Shown piece by piece: positions 44,398 through 54,914 of a stretch of 64,000 nt of DNA. This stretch comes from an uncultured Planctomycetota bacterium (GTDB lineage: Bacteria > Planctomycetota > Planctomycetia > Isosphaerales > Isosphaeraceae). How positions within the stretch are numbered: position 1 is the stretch's first letter; every line of letters starts with the position of its first letter. The stretch lies in the NCBI GenBank assembly GCA_963845755.1, contig CAWJTV010000005.1, positions 96,001-160,000 of the forward strand, in the 5' to 3' direction. The notes under the pieces were generated by a model. That model was not told where the DNA came from. It made no database searches and was given only the letters and a program-made list of their open reading frames with translations. Made by a program: the position numbers and the translations under genes.

Positions 44398-44492
44398 GTT
44401 GCTAGTCGCTAGTTCCTAGTTGCTAGCGCAGACGAGACGGATCCATCGGATCTGTTCACAGGCTAGCAACTCGCAACCGGCAACTCGCAACT
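44398..44492. repeat. Inverted array of heptamer repeats (GTTGCTA / TAGCAAC)
   Basis: gttgcta-gtcgcta-gttccta-gttgcta ... tagcaac-tcgcaac-cggcaac-tcgcaac. Confidence 0.7.
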
Positions 44493-44506
44493 CGGAGTGG
44501 CCCTGA

Positions 44507-44548
44507 GCACAGGATGTGCGTCCCTCTCGCGCAGCCGACATGGAGGTC
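44507..44548 (+). promoter_or_regulatory. Two putative CsrA-binding hairpins in the fliA leader, one covering the SD
   Basis: GCAC-AGGAT-GTGC (44507-44519) and GAC-ATGGAG-GTC (44537-44548), 4 nt before ATG 44553. Confidence 0.5.
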
Positions 44549-44552
44549 AGGA

Positions 44553-45329
44553 ATGTCAACTAAGGTGGATGTGGATGTAACCGAACTCTGGCGGGAGTTC
44601 AAGGAACACCCCACCACGGAATTACGCAACCAGTTGGTCGAACGCTACTTACCCTTGGTCAAGTACAATGCCGAACGCATCTGGCAACGCCTCCCCGAGG
44701 GGGTCGATCTCGACGACCTGATCTCCGCCGGGGTCTTCGGGCTAATGGATGCGATCGACGCCTTCGACCTGACCCGAGGTGTTAAGTTCGAGACCTACTG
44801 TGTGCCTCGCATCCGCGGCGCGATGCTCGACGAGCTGCGCACGATGGACTGGGTCCCCAGGCTGGTCCGCTCCAAGGCCACCAAGATGGACGAGGCGCGT
44901 AAAGAGCTCGAGGCCCGACACGGCCGGCCTCCCACGGACATCGAGCTCGCCGATCACCTCGGCCTGCCGATGGAAGAATACGAGAAGATGGCGATGGACG
45001 CCAATGCCGTCGGCTTGATCAGCCTGAACAAGAAATGGTACGAAACCGACAGCTACAAGGATGTCCGCGAGATCGACATCCTCGAGGACAAGAAGGGCGA
45101 GGATCCCACCCGACGGCTCCAGCGCAAGGACCTAATGCGCATGGTCACCAAGGGGCTGAGCCGAAACGAACGCCTCATCATTATCCTCTACTATTATGAA
45201 GAATTGACGATGAAGGAGATCGGCGCGACCCTCGACCTGAGCGAGTCGCGGGTATCCCAGATGCACTCGTCGATCATCCAGCGTCTCCAATCGCAGCTCG
45301 CTTCCCGCCGTCCCGAATTCGGGACCTGA
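44553..45329 (+). CDS. fliA: RNA polymerase sigma-28 factor FliA/WhiG
   Basis: 'DDLISAGVFGLMDAIDAFD', 'RIRGAMLDELRTMDWVPR', 'TMKEIGATLDLSESRVSQMH'. Confidence 0.95.
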   Translation: MSTKVDVDVTELWREFKEHPTTELRNQLVERYLPLVKYNAERIWQRLPEGVDLDDLISAGVFGLMDAIDAFDLTRGVKFETYCVPRIRGAMLDELRTMDWVPRLVRSKATKMDEARKELEARHGRPPTDIELADHLGLPMEEYEKMAMDANAVGLISLNKKWYETDSYKDVREIDILEDKKGEDPTRRLQRKDLMRMVTKGLSRNERLIIILYYYEELTMKEIGATLDLSESRVSQMHSSIIQRLQSQLASRRPEFGT

Positions 45330-45634
45330 GTCGGTTTGCCTGTGTTTCCCTCCGGAGCGGCTGGACCATCGGCCGCCTCGTCGTTGCGGATTTCTAAAGG
45401 TCAATCCCGGCGTAGATAACGGCGAGAGGCGCAAGCGAAACCATACGATCGAATCCGTCCCAGAGCTGGCGTAAACCATTACGCAAGAACTCGGACGGAT
45501 TCTTGTTTTCCTAAGAAGGTACTGTTCCTTGAGCGATCGCCGTGTAGAATTGATCTAAGGCAGCGGCGGGACTACCGATCGGACGCCGAGGCGTACTCGC
45601 TGCTGGGCCGACGCTCCCACGAGAGGTACCGGCG

Positions 45635-46399
45635 ATGATGTCCACTGCGAAACGGGGGAAAGTCCTGGTGACGGCCTTTGTCGCCGTGTTGGCATCGGGC
45701 TTGGGCTCGGGCCGAGCCCAGCGCAATGGGGCATGGGCGGCATGGGAGTCGGCTTCTTCGGTGGTGGACTTGTCCCGTATGTCCAGCAGCCCGGCAACTT
45801 CTTGAATCAGGTTGCGATTTCCCAGATGGGGCACGTCAAGGGGCCCCCGGGAAGCAACCCATATACCAGCGGCTCCAATCCCTATTCGGGCAACTCCAAC
45901 GCGTACTTCAATCACGTCCGGGACAACGGCTTCGTTGACCAGTACAACGTGTATCGTTGACAGCCGGCCTATTACCGGTCAGCGGCGCCCGCGGTTGGTC
46001 GCGGCGCGACTCCCATCGCCATGACTGTCGCCCAGTCCCAGCCGATCGTACCACTGACGAGTTTTTACAATGCGCAAGGTCAACTCGTCTGGCCCGGCGA
46101 CGCACCCACGGCCGACTTCCTGAAGGACAAGCGCGCGGACGTTGACCAGTTCGACCAAGGCGGTCCTGGATGAGCTCAAGAAGAACGGCGTCGCGTCGAT
46201 CGCCTCGGTCACGGACGCTCGCCAGAGACTGCTCGACTACGGACGACCTGCCTTGAAGTACGTCCGAACTCATGAGACGGCCCGGATCGCGGATGGTTTC
46301 CATGGATTTCTGCTCGAGCTTTATGACTCGCTGGCTCAAGCGGCAAATCCTCCGGTCGCGACGGCCGCCGCGGGAACCCCGGCTTCTCCATCCTCGTGA
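45635..46399 (+). CDS. Hypothetical secreted protein, broken by several frameshifts
   Basis: Signal peptide 'MMSTAKRGKVLVTAFVAVLASG' then ORF pieces 45733..45960 and 46142..46399 on the same strand. Confidence 0.55.
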
Positions 46400-46426
46400 T
46401 GGTCGGCGGGCGAAATAGGTTGACCT

Positions 46427-47529
46427 TTATGGCTTCACAACCGCCCGGGAAATGACCTGGTCCAGGTTCTTCCGCGACAGGTCGATGTGGATCACGGTGC
46501 CCTCGGGACCCACCAGGACGTTGGTTGGAATATCGGTCACTCCATAGGCTTTCGCGAAGTCGTGACCGTCCTGCCCATTGATCACGTTCGGCCAGCGGAC
46601 ATTGTGATCCACGACGAACCGGCGGATGTTGGGCATGACTAACTCCGGATTCGGGTTGCCGCTCTGCAGGGTGTCCAGATTGATGCCCAGGATCCGGAAT
46701 CCCCGGTTACCATAGGCCTCGTAGACCTGATCGAGCCAGACGGTCTCATCGGCGTTGGGGAGGCACCAGCTTGCCCAAAACACGATCAGGACGACCTTAC
46801 CCTTGAGTTCTTCTAAACTCACGGGTTTGCCGTCAAGATCAGTGCCCCGGATGGCGGGAGCAGGCTTTCCGAGCAGATTGAGGTGGTAAAGTCGGGCGAC
46901 GCAGAACTCCTTCACGGCTGTATTAATCGTCTCGTCGGCAATCAGTTGGAACGCCTTGCCGCGATGTCGAATCGGCCGCCCTGGACGAGACGCTGGTAGT
47001 AGGCACCGCAAATACCGAGCATCGAAGGGGTATCCAGCTTCGAGGGAGCCTGGTTCTTCTCGGGGTGTTGGAGGATGGCACTCCGGAGGTCGGCCAGTGA
47101 CTCGTCATACGCGCCACGATCCGCGGTGGCGATGATGTTGATCGTCTGGGCGAGGAACAGGACAACCGGCGACTCGTTGTTCCCGGCTCTCAGGACCCGG
47201 TCGGCGGCCGGTTCAGCCTCAGCGAACAAGTTGTTCGCTATGGCGAGTCGGAAGAGGATCTCGAAGGTCTCGTTCGCATCCTTCGGCGCCTGGAGGGCGG
47301 CCAGTTGGCCAAGCCGCTCCAGCCGCCGTCGTTCGATCTGGAGGAGTTGCCGGTTGTAGTCTTCGTTGATCGACTGGAGGGTCTCAGCGGCTCCGACTTG
47401 AGGACGAGGGGTCGGTTGTGCCGAGGCGAGCTCTTCACGGGTCCTTTGCTGACCAACCGCCACTCCCCAGCAGAGCAAGAGACTTGCGCCAACGATCAGG
47501 CCGATCAGAGGAAGCCGGGATGAGATCAT
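46427..47529 (-). CDS. TlpA-like thioredoxin-domain protein (CxxN active site); frameshift near 46950
   Basis: 'GKPAPAIRGTDLDGKPVSL', 'VFWASWCLPN', 'YGVTDIPTNVLV'; signal peptide and helical N-terminus in ORF 46942..47529. Confidence 0.8.
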
Positions 47530-47905
47530 CGTCGATGGAACCCTCGAGGTGAGATGGTCATAGACTAAAACCTATGCCGAGCCGGATCCACACGAGCTCG
47601 AACCTCAACGGATAGGTCCGGCCACATACGGTACGGGATAGGCTCGGCGGTGAAGTTGGCGTCCACTTCTTTTCTTGGCTCGCTTGGATCAGGGTGATGA
47701 CAGCTTACTCGGAACGCGTGAAACATCGCAAGTCGCCCTTTCCGGGTCACATGCCGAGCGCGCGAGCGAAGTGCTCGTGGTGAAGCAGAAAACCGATTCC
47801 GACCTCGGGCCTCGCACGCTTGGCGAACCGAAGACTTGCACGTATACTCGGGCTGAATTCGTTGTCAAACACTCCCGAATCTCACACCCGCTCGCGAGCC
47901 TGGCC

Positions 47906-49120
47906 ATGCAACTGCTTCTCTTGCTGCCTCTCGTAATACTCTCTCCCGTACAGAGCGAGCCAAGCACGGGCGTTGCCTCCACGGCAACCTCGCCTTATTC
48001 CCAGTGGAGTCGCGGCCTTCCGGCCGACCCGAGCTTTTTCCCGATCGCTGTCTGGCTTCAGGATCCCGCGAATGCCAGCCGTTACAAACAGGCGGGAATC
48101 AACCTGTATGTGGGGCTCTGGAGAGGTCCCACCGAGAAGCAGCTCGCCGCCCTGAAAGCTGCGGATATGCGGGTGATCTGCCATCAGAACATGCTTGCGC
48201 TGAGCAACAAGGACGACTCGACGATCGTGGGATGGATGCATGGCGACGAGCCTGACAACGCACAGGAGATTCGCGATCCACAAACGGGACGTCGCCGTTA
48301 CGGTCCCCCGATCGCACCAGCGCGAATCGTGGCCGATTACCAGCGGATCCGCGATGCCGACCCGAGCAGGCCAGTGATGCTTAACCTGGGCCAAGGCGTC
48401 GCGAACGACGCGTGGGTCGGCCGAGGTCCCGGAGTCAGCCTGGACGACTATCCCAAGTATGTCCAGGGCGCCGACCTGATCTCGTTCGACGTCTACCCGG
48501 TCGCGGACCTCGATCGGCCGGACGGTGCTGACTACCTCTGGTACGTCCCCAAGGGGGTGGATCGAATGGTCAAATGGACGGCGGGCCGCAAGCCCATCTG
48601 GAACTGCATCGAGTGCACTCACATCCACAATGCCAAGCTCAAGGCCACGCCGGATCAGGTCAAGGCGGAAGTGTGGATGGCCCTCATCCACGGCTCTCGT
48701 GGGATGATCTACTTCGTGCATCAGTTCGCGCCTCGATTCAACGAGCATGCCTTGCTCGACGATCCCGAGATGCTCGCCGCGGTGACGGCAGTCAACCGGC
48801 AGATCCGCGAACTGGCCCCGGTCTTGAACAGTCCCACAGTGGCTGAGGGTGCCACGGTCGGTTTGTCCAACCCGCAGGCTCCGATCGACGTCATGGTCAA
48901 GAAGATGCCCGATGCTGTGTATCTGTTCGCGGTCGGAATGCGGAACAAGCCGGCCGACGGCTCATTCAAGGTTCGGGGTCTGCCCGCCGAGGCGACGGCC
49001 CGTGTGATTGGTGAAGACCGGGAGGTTGTCGTCCGGAATGGACAGTTCGCCGACCGGTTTTCGGCTTACGGCGTCCATTTGTACCGCATCATTCCCGGCG
49101 GCTCCGCTTCGCGAAGGTAG
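47906..49120 (+). CDS. Secreted glycoside hydrolase-like (TIM-barrel) protein
   Basis: Signal peptide; 'FFPIAVW', 'GWMHGDEPDN', 'DLISFDVYP', 'MALIHGSRGMIYF'. Confidence 0.65.
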   Translation: MQLLLLLPLVILSPVQSEPSTGVASTATSPYSQWSRGLPADPSFFPIAVWLQDPANASRYKQAGINLYVGLWRGPTEKQLAALKAADMRVICHQNMLALSNKDDSTIVGWMHGDEPDNAQEIRDPQTGRRRYGPPIAPARIVADYQRIRDADPSRPVMLNLGQGVANDAWVGRGPGVSLDDYPKYVQGADLISFDVYPVADLDRPDGADYLWYVPKGVDRMVKWTAGRKPIWNCIECTHIHNAKLKATPDQVKAEVWMALIHGSRGMIYFVHQFAPRFNEHALLDDPEMLAAVTAVNRQIRELAPVLNSPTVAEGATVGLSNPQAPIDVMVKKMPDAVYLFAVGMRNKPADGSFKVRGLPAEATARVIGEDREVVVRNGQFADRFSAYGVHLYRIIPGGSASRR

Positions 49121-49464
49121 GCGGGACCGGTAATGCTTCGTCCCGAGAGTCCATCAAGACGAACTCGGGTTGAACTCTCGACTTCGTCCCAAGGTTCGGC
49201 CCTGACGGTCTTCGTGACGGCCCGTCGGTTGGGCCCCCGCGGCCTTTGATGGTGCCCGATCCGCCAGACGGCGGCCAGGAACAGCAGACCCACGATGATC
49301 CCGAGAAACCAGAAGAGCACCTTGGTGAAGGCTGACATCGGCCGGGCGGGTGTCTCGCGCAGGTAGACGGGGAACGGCTTCGTCTTGGTCCTCATACCCG
49401 CCGGGTCCTGCTCGACGAACAGCTCGTGCGAACGCGCCTTGATCGAGTGTTCCTGCTCGGGCAT
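49066..49464 (-). CDS. Small hypothetical membrane protein
   Basis: One TM helix 'VLFWFLGIIVGLLFLAAVW' after 'KPFPVYLRETPARP'. Confidence 0.55.
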   Translation of the reverse strand: MPEQEHSIKARSHELFVEQDPAGMRTKTKPFPVYLRETPARPMSAFTKVLFWFLGIIVGLLFLAAVWRIGHHQRPRGPNRRAVTKTVRAEPWDEVESSTRVRLDGLSGRSITGPAYLREAEPPGMMRYKWTP

Positions 49465-49960
49465 GTTGCGCGGGTGGGACGGCATAGCACCATTTCCTTA
49501 CAGACCGTGGGAGGAAGAGCCGGAAGAGTGCGGTGCATGCATCGTCCCGCGCAGCTTTTCGGGTCTGTCAAAGTTTTTCGAGACCGCCTCCGGGCACCAG
49601 CGGTCTTTCCGGATGCTTTCATCCTATCTCACGAATCTTCCGCCGTCACCAAGGTTTGGTAGCGGGCCGGGCTCTGGAAGGCCAGCCGACCATGCGGTTC
49701 CGTTCGATTCCTAGTCGGCCAGGAAAAGAACACCCAAGGTGATGGGAAGGAATGGGATCGAAGATTCCAGATTCCGCAAACGTGGTGACCTTTCCCGACA
49801 GACCTTACACTTAGTGTATCTCTTGAATCTGTGATTATGAATCGATGCTATGACTACTTCGGCAACTGGCCATTGGGAGGGTTCGCAGTGCTCCTGCCGA
49901 TTGACGCCCTCGCTCAAAGGATGCTCTGGACAGGTGATCCACGCTCCAGATTCGATCTCG

Positions 49961-50755
49961 TTAGGGACTTGCCTGGAAGAACCAATCCCAACTGTGGGGG
50001 CGATCACCCAGCTCGATGCTGCCGGCCAGGTTCTCATCCCAGGGATAAAAAACCTTCCGGTGGACGATTTCGCGAAATCCGGCCTTGGAGAAACGATGCT
50101 CGATTTCGAACGGCTGCCAGAATTTTTGGCGCAGACCTTGGAAGCGAAAGTGTCCGGAGGCGAAGTCGTAATACTGGCGTTCAATCTGGATAGCGGAGCG
50201 TCGTTCGGCCTGTCTGGGCGTCATGCCACGGTCCAAAGCGTTGTCCGTGAGAAGCATCATGTGATAGGCAATGGCGTCGATGGACGGGACGATGCCCAGG
50301 AACTGGCCACTCGGTTTGAGGCTGGCGCGGACGGCACGAAGTGTCCGATCGATGACGCGGACATCGGGCATGACGAGAGAATTCACCGCTACGGCCAAGT
50401 CGATCTGCCCGACAAGGTCGTCGAGCTCATGCATGGGCGCTCGAGGAAAACGACGCGCTCCGCCACTTCGCATCCGACCCGTACCTTGGCCCGCTCGATC
50501 ATTCCGGGGGCGAAGTCGATGCGCAATGACCCGTTCGAACCTCTCGATGAGCCGGGGGAGCAACGGCCCGGTGCCGCAACCGAGATCGGCCACGGTCTTG
50601 TGCTTAGCATCGGGTATGGAATCCAGCACGGCCCATAGTGGATTCTCGACGCCGGGTGCGTACGGGTCGAGGAATACCTCGTCGTACCGCTCGGCGTGCT
50701 GGCTCCATTGACGATCCTGATGTTGAAGCTCGCTCTTGGCCAAGGTCCTGCCCAC
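49961..50755 (-). CDS. Class I SAM-dependent methyltransferase; two compensating frameshifts
   Basis: Motif I 'VADLGCGTG'; 'IDFAPGMIERAK' lies in an adjacent frame (ORF 50389..50610); 'LKPSGQF'. Confidence 0.8.
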   Translation of the reverse strand: MGRTLAKSELQHQDRQWSQHAERYDEVFLDPYAPGVENPLWAVLDSIPDAKHKTVADLGCGTGPLLPRLIERFERVIAHRLRPRNDRAGQGTGRMRSGGARRFPRAPMHELDDLVGQIDLAVAVNSLVMPDVRVIDRTLRAVRASLKPSGQFLGIVPSIDAIAYHMMLLTDNALDRGMTPRQAERRSAIQIERQYYDFASGHFRFQGLRQKFWQPFEIEHRFSKAGFREIVHRKVFYPWDENLAGSIELGDRPHSWDWFFQASP

Positions 50756-50912
50756 GCTCTGCACGACGGGTCCGGGCTCTCTTCGGATCGACGGCACTTG
50801 AATCCCTCGAATCCTACTTAAGCATAGGACAGGTTCCTCTCTCAAGCCAGTCGAGACGAGCCGTTCATCTCGCCGATCGGAATCCGTTCGAGTTGTTGAC
50901 TGCGTCGGGGCT

Positions 50913-51440
50913 TCATGGGCTTCGGGGCTTCGAGCCGGCCGGGACGGGTGTCATACTATTGACCTCGATCGCGATACTCAGCGCCGTACCCAGCACATCG
51001 CGGTGGTACCAATGCGGATAGCCCAGCTTCTCGTCCGCCTGGAATCGCATCACGACGCGGGTCCCCTTCGGCTGGCCGAATGGGCGGTCGGACTTCACGA
51101 TGGCGACCTCTTCATCGATGGTACGGATGAGCCCATCCACACCGAAGGTGTCCGGCTTGGCGGAATGCAACTCAACCTTGCTGCCATCGGGCTGGAGCAT
51201 TTCGATTCTGCGGACTTCGCCCCCGCGAACGGTCACCAGGTAATGGGCGTTGTTGGGTCCTCGGATGCTCCAATCCAGGTCATAATCCGGGATGCTGGCC
51301 TGTGTCCAGATTCTCCTGGACCGAGCGATCGCCTCGGGCGTGACGTTCTCTCCGCCCCCACAACCGGTAGACAGAATCAGCGTCGCCGTGATCCCGAATA
51401 CCGCGTGCCACCGCGATCGTCGTTGCAGCGAAGCGTTCAT
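50913..51440 (-). CDS. Putative lipoprotein (DUF6174-like)
   Basis: Lipobox 'LSTGC'; 'W...IPDYD', 'VTVRGGEV', 'VDGL', 'LGYP'. Confidence 0.6.
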   Translation of the reverse strand: MNASLQRRSRWHAVFGITATLILSTGCGGGENVTPEAIARSRRIWTQASIPDYDLDWSIRGPNNAHYLVTVRGGEVRRIEMLQPDGSKVELHSAKPDTFGVDGLIRTIDEEVAIVKSDRPFGQPKGTRVVMRFQADEKLGYPHWYHRDVLGTALSIAIEVNSMTPVPAGSKPRSP

Positions 51441-51582
51441 GGCGGTGTGAGCTCTCCAGAGATCCAAATCCGGCCCGCAGAATATGACGTCCGCGGGTTT
51501 AGCATGACAGAAGATACATGGGTTGAACAGATCACCTTGCGAAAGGATGGAACGGGATGGCTTAGGCGATGAAGAACCAGCA

Positions 51583-52296
51583 TCAACGATGCGGATCGGC
51601 CGGACCGACGATGAGGTCCGTTGGCTCTCTCCGGATTCCCGCGAGCTTGGGAAAGGCGGCCAGGTCGAATCGGTTCATGTTGTCGAAAGCCCAGGTTGCG
51701 ACCGTGGCCCGAAGGCGGACTTGCCACGGGAGGGTCCGCCACACCAACCTTGCCAGGCTTTCGATCGGCCGGTCCGACTGGACCAGGACCTTGCGGCGCT
51801 GAACGAGGGCATCGACGATCGACTTGAACTGCATGTCGTCATCGGACCAAACCAAGCCACCAGTTCGTCGGAATCTTGCACGACGAATGGTCCGCGGGAT
51901 GTTGGACAGGATTGCATCCTGGTCGGCTGGGCTCCAGTCGCGCCGGAGGAGATCGGAGAAGGCAAACGGGTCAGCGCCGGACCTGGCGTAGGTCCAGTGG
52001 TTGATGAAGAGCCCGTGGAACGCCAGGGCACCCGGTCGGCCCTGATCGTCGCAACCTTGGGGAGAAACGCCTACGATCATCCACGGACCGCGATCGATCC
52101 TCATCGCAAAAAGTGCATCCGACTCGATCGTGCCCGATGGCCGTTCCCCGTACCGCTGACAGGCCTCCTTGAGCGTCGTAACCCAGTCCGGTCGGCATCC
52201 CGACGAATGGGCCAGTACGCCGTATCCCCGTTGCCAGAATGGAAAACTGCCGTAGACGGCTTGCTCGAATGGGACTTTGACGGCACTCGGGACCAT
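51583..52296 (-). CDS. Hypothetical protein resembling GTPase-associated protein 1 N-terminal (GAP1-N-like) domains
   Basis: 'FEQAVYGS...GYGVLAHSSG', 'GCDDQGRPGALAFHGL'; directly downstream of the GTPase gene. Confidence 0.55.
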   Translation of the reverse strand: MVPSAVKVPFEQAVYGSFPFWQRGYGVLAHSSGCRPDWVTTLKEACQRYGERPSGTIESDALFAMRIDRGPWMIVGVSPQGCDDQGRPGALAFHGLFINHWTYARSGADPFAFSDLLRRDWSPADQDAILSNIPRTIRRARFRRTGGLVWSDDDMQFKSIVDALVQRRKVLVQSDRPIESLARLVWRTLPWQVRLRATVATWAFDNMNRFDLAAFPKLAGIRREPTDLIVGPADPHR

Positions 52297-52423
52297 CAGG
52301 AATCCGAGCCCCCTCGATGGGAACGATCGAGTCCAATCCACTTGTCCTCTCGCCGTTGGTCCCCGTCCTCTCGGACTTCCGGCCCCGCAGGGCTCAACAT
52401 CGCAACTCAGTCGGCGCAACGTC

Positions 52424-54792
52424 TCATTCCGGCTCGCTGAGCTTGGGCATGACGAAGTCGGAGGCAAACACAAGGGTCGTCTTGCCGCCTTTAGAGGGCT
52501 TGACCGTTCCGGAAAGGAGCCGGATCCCCAGAGGGTCGCGCTCACGGCTGTGAAGTGTATAGACCTCGCTTGCCGACCAGTCATAGTCGATCAGGCGAAT
52601 GGTAACGGGGTCTCCCAGTTTCCAGGTGATCGGCTGGGTATACGTATAATCCCAGATCGGATGGTAGGAGTCGCGGATCACCGACGAGGGACCATACACG
52701 TTGCCAGCCACTTCAATGGTCACGCCCAGGTCCGGACCAGAGCCGGCGAGGTACTTGCCGACGGACGGCTCGACCTCGCCGCGACGAAGCGTGACGCGGT
52801 ACTGTCCGGGGACGGAAACCTTATCCCACCATTCCAGGTAGCCGCGCGCGTCGGCGGCATAGTGCCCGTCGGGTTGCTCGCGCAGATATTCGCGCAGCCG
52901 TCGAGCCACCTCAGCCACGTCCTCCGGATGCGAGATGAGGTGGTCGTACGCCTGCCGGTAGGTAGCGAAGTCCCATTCGCGGAGGATGCGGTCCTTGGCC
53001 TCCATCGCCTCGCTGATGAACCGTCCGCCGGCTTGGTGGGCTCTCAGATACTCCTGGTAGCGTTCGATGCGGGCCGCGAAGTGGGAGGGGAACTGGCGCG
53101 AGTAGTCGCGGGCCTTTGCGATATCGCCGTCGTCCAGCCGTTGCAGGTAGACGTCCAGGTGGCGCTGGACCTCTCCGCGCGATGGGCTGTCAGAATGCTC
53201 GACGAGGAACTGACGGGCGCGCTCGATCTGGTCGGCCGGAGAGACATTGGGCAGCGATTCGGAACGGATCAGGTCCTCGACGAATTGGCGATCGAGGGCG
53301 AACCGCTTGGCGTCTCGCTCCGTCTTGAGCGACTGGGCCAGCCTCAGGGCGTGTGTTCGATGAGGGGTGTCGGGGAACTCGCGCAGGAAGGTGTCGATGG
53401 CGGCCAAACCGGTCTGCGGATCCTCGATGGCCGCCAGCGAGCGGGCCTCACCCTGGACGGCCTTCCAACGCTGGTCGTGCCGGACCTGTTCCTGGGCATC
53501 CTCGACCTTCCGGATCGCCGACGTCAGTTGCGGGGCTTGGTCCTTGAGACCGTCAAGCCGAGCGGGGAGATCGGCGGGCGCGGTGCCGTTGGCCACCTGA
53601 ATATCGGCGGCCTTGACCATCCATTCAGCCCGCTTCGAAACGCGCCCGGCGCGCGAGTCGGGGCCAGAAGACTCCGAGTGATGGGTGCCATTCCAGGAAC
53701 TCCGACCATCGCCGCGCGATCGCCGGCGCGGCGCGATCTCCCTCGTGCTCGAAAGCGGTCGCACGCTGGTATCCTAAGATGTCGTAACCGGCCAGCGCCC
53801 CGATCATGAACAGGCCACAGGCGGCCAGTCGCACCATCGATCTCCGTCGCCGTTTCTGTGCGAGTGTCTTGAGCTGCGCGAAACTCGTACGACCGATTCG
53901 ATCGCGGATACCTGTGCTCGTAGGCCTGGACGGATCGCTCGAGCCGGGGACGGTCGTGAGGCGCCAGCTCCCACAGCCGGGTCATCACGGCGCGATCCCG
54001 GGCCTCGAGTTGATCGGCCAGCCAGGAGAGAGGGCCTTCGAGACCCATCGGGTGCAGTTCCGACGGCGGTCGGTTGCCGACAGCCCCCGGGCCGAACGAG
54101 CTGACGGCGAAGATCGCCCCGTCCGGGGCGTGCGCCGCCAGAGCGTGACGGGTCATTCCATAACGCTCGTCGACTAACTTCTCGACTAGGCCTCCGGAGA
54201 GATCGATTGGGGAATCCGGACTCCCTTCCTGCCTCGTTGCGGACGTGCCGCCGTGCACGCGATCGAATTTCGTTAAGAGCAAGGCGACCGGCCGGTCGGT
54301 CGTCGCGTTCTCAGATCGATCGATATAGCGCTCTAAGAGGATCTCCACTTCCTGCTGCCGGCGCCGGCGCTCGGCCGGATCGGTCGAACCTTCCGGGTCG
54401 AGGCAGAGGAGTACCGCGTCACAGTCGGCGAAGAATTCCTGGATCGGCTCTTCCGAACCGAGCGTCACATGCTCGCCCTGATAATCCTTGATGATCAGGT
54501 CGAGTCGGGCGGGGCCATGGTAGAGGCGCAGCTTCAGCTCGGTCTCTGCGAGCGAGCCGGCCATCGGCTGCCCTGACTCGATTTGCGCGATCTTTTCCGC
54601 AAGGTACTCGGCCGTCCGTGCATCCGCCGCGGCCATTCGCAGGCCGGGCACCTGGCCGCTCGACGCTTGGCGGTAAAACATCGCCAGGAGCGTCGTCTTG
54701 CCCACGTTGCGATGGCCGAATAGCGCGACACGGTTCGGCCGGCTCAGTCGCGCCTCCAGCTCATCCAGTCGAATCGTCCGGCGGTTCGTCAT
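52424..54792 (-). CDS. P-loop GTPase with a TM helix, helical repeats and a C2-like C-terminal domain; frameshifts near 53880 and 53640
   Basis: G1 'GHRNVGKTT', G3 'DYQGE', G4 'TKFD', G5 'VSSFG'; TM in ORF 53625..53837; C-terminus in ORF 52424..53764. Confidence 0.7.
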
Positions 54793-54914
54793 CCTGCGCC
54801 TCGGTCCTGCACATTCCTCAACCCGAGAACTGGTACATCACGTAGGTGTCCCGGTACTTGTCAATCCTTCATTGTACGATCGTCAATAGTCGGGCCTTTA
54901 ATCGAGACGAATCC

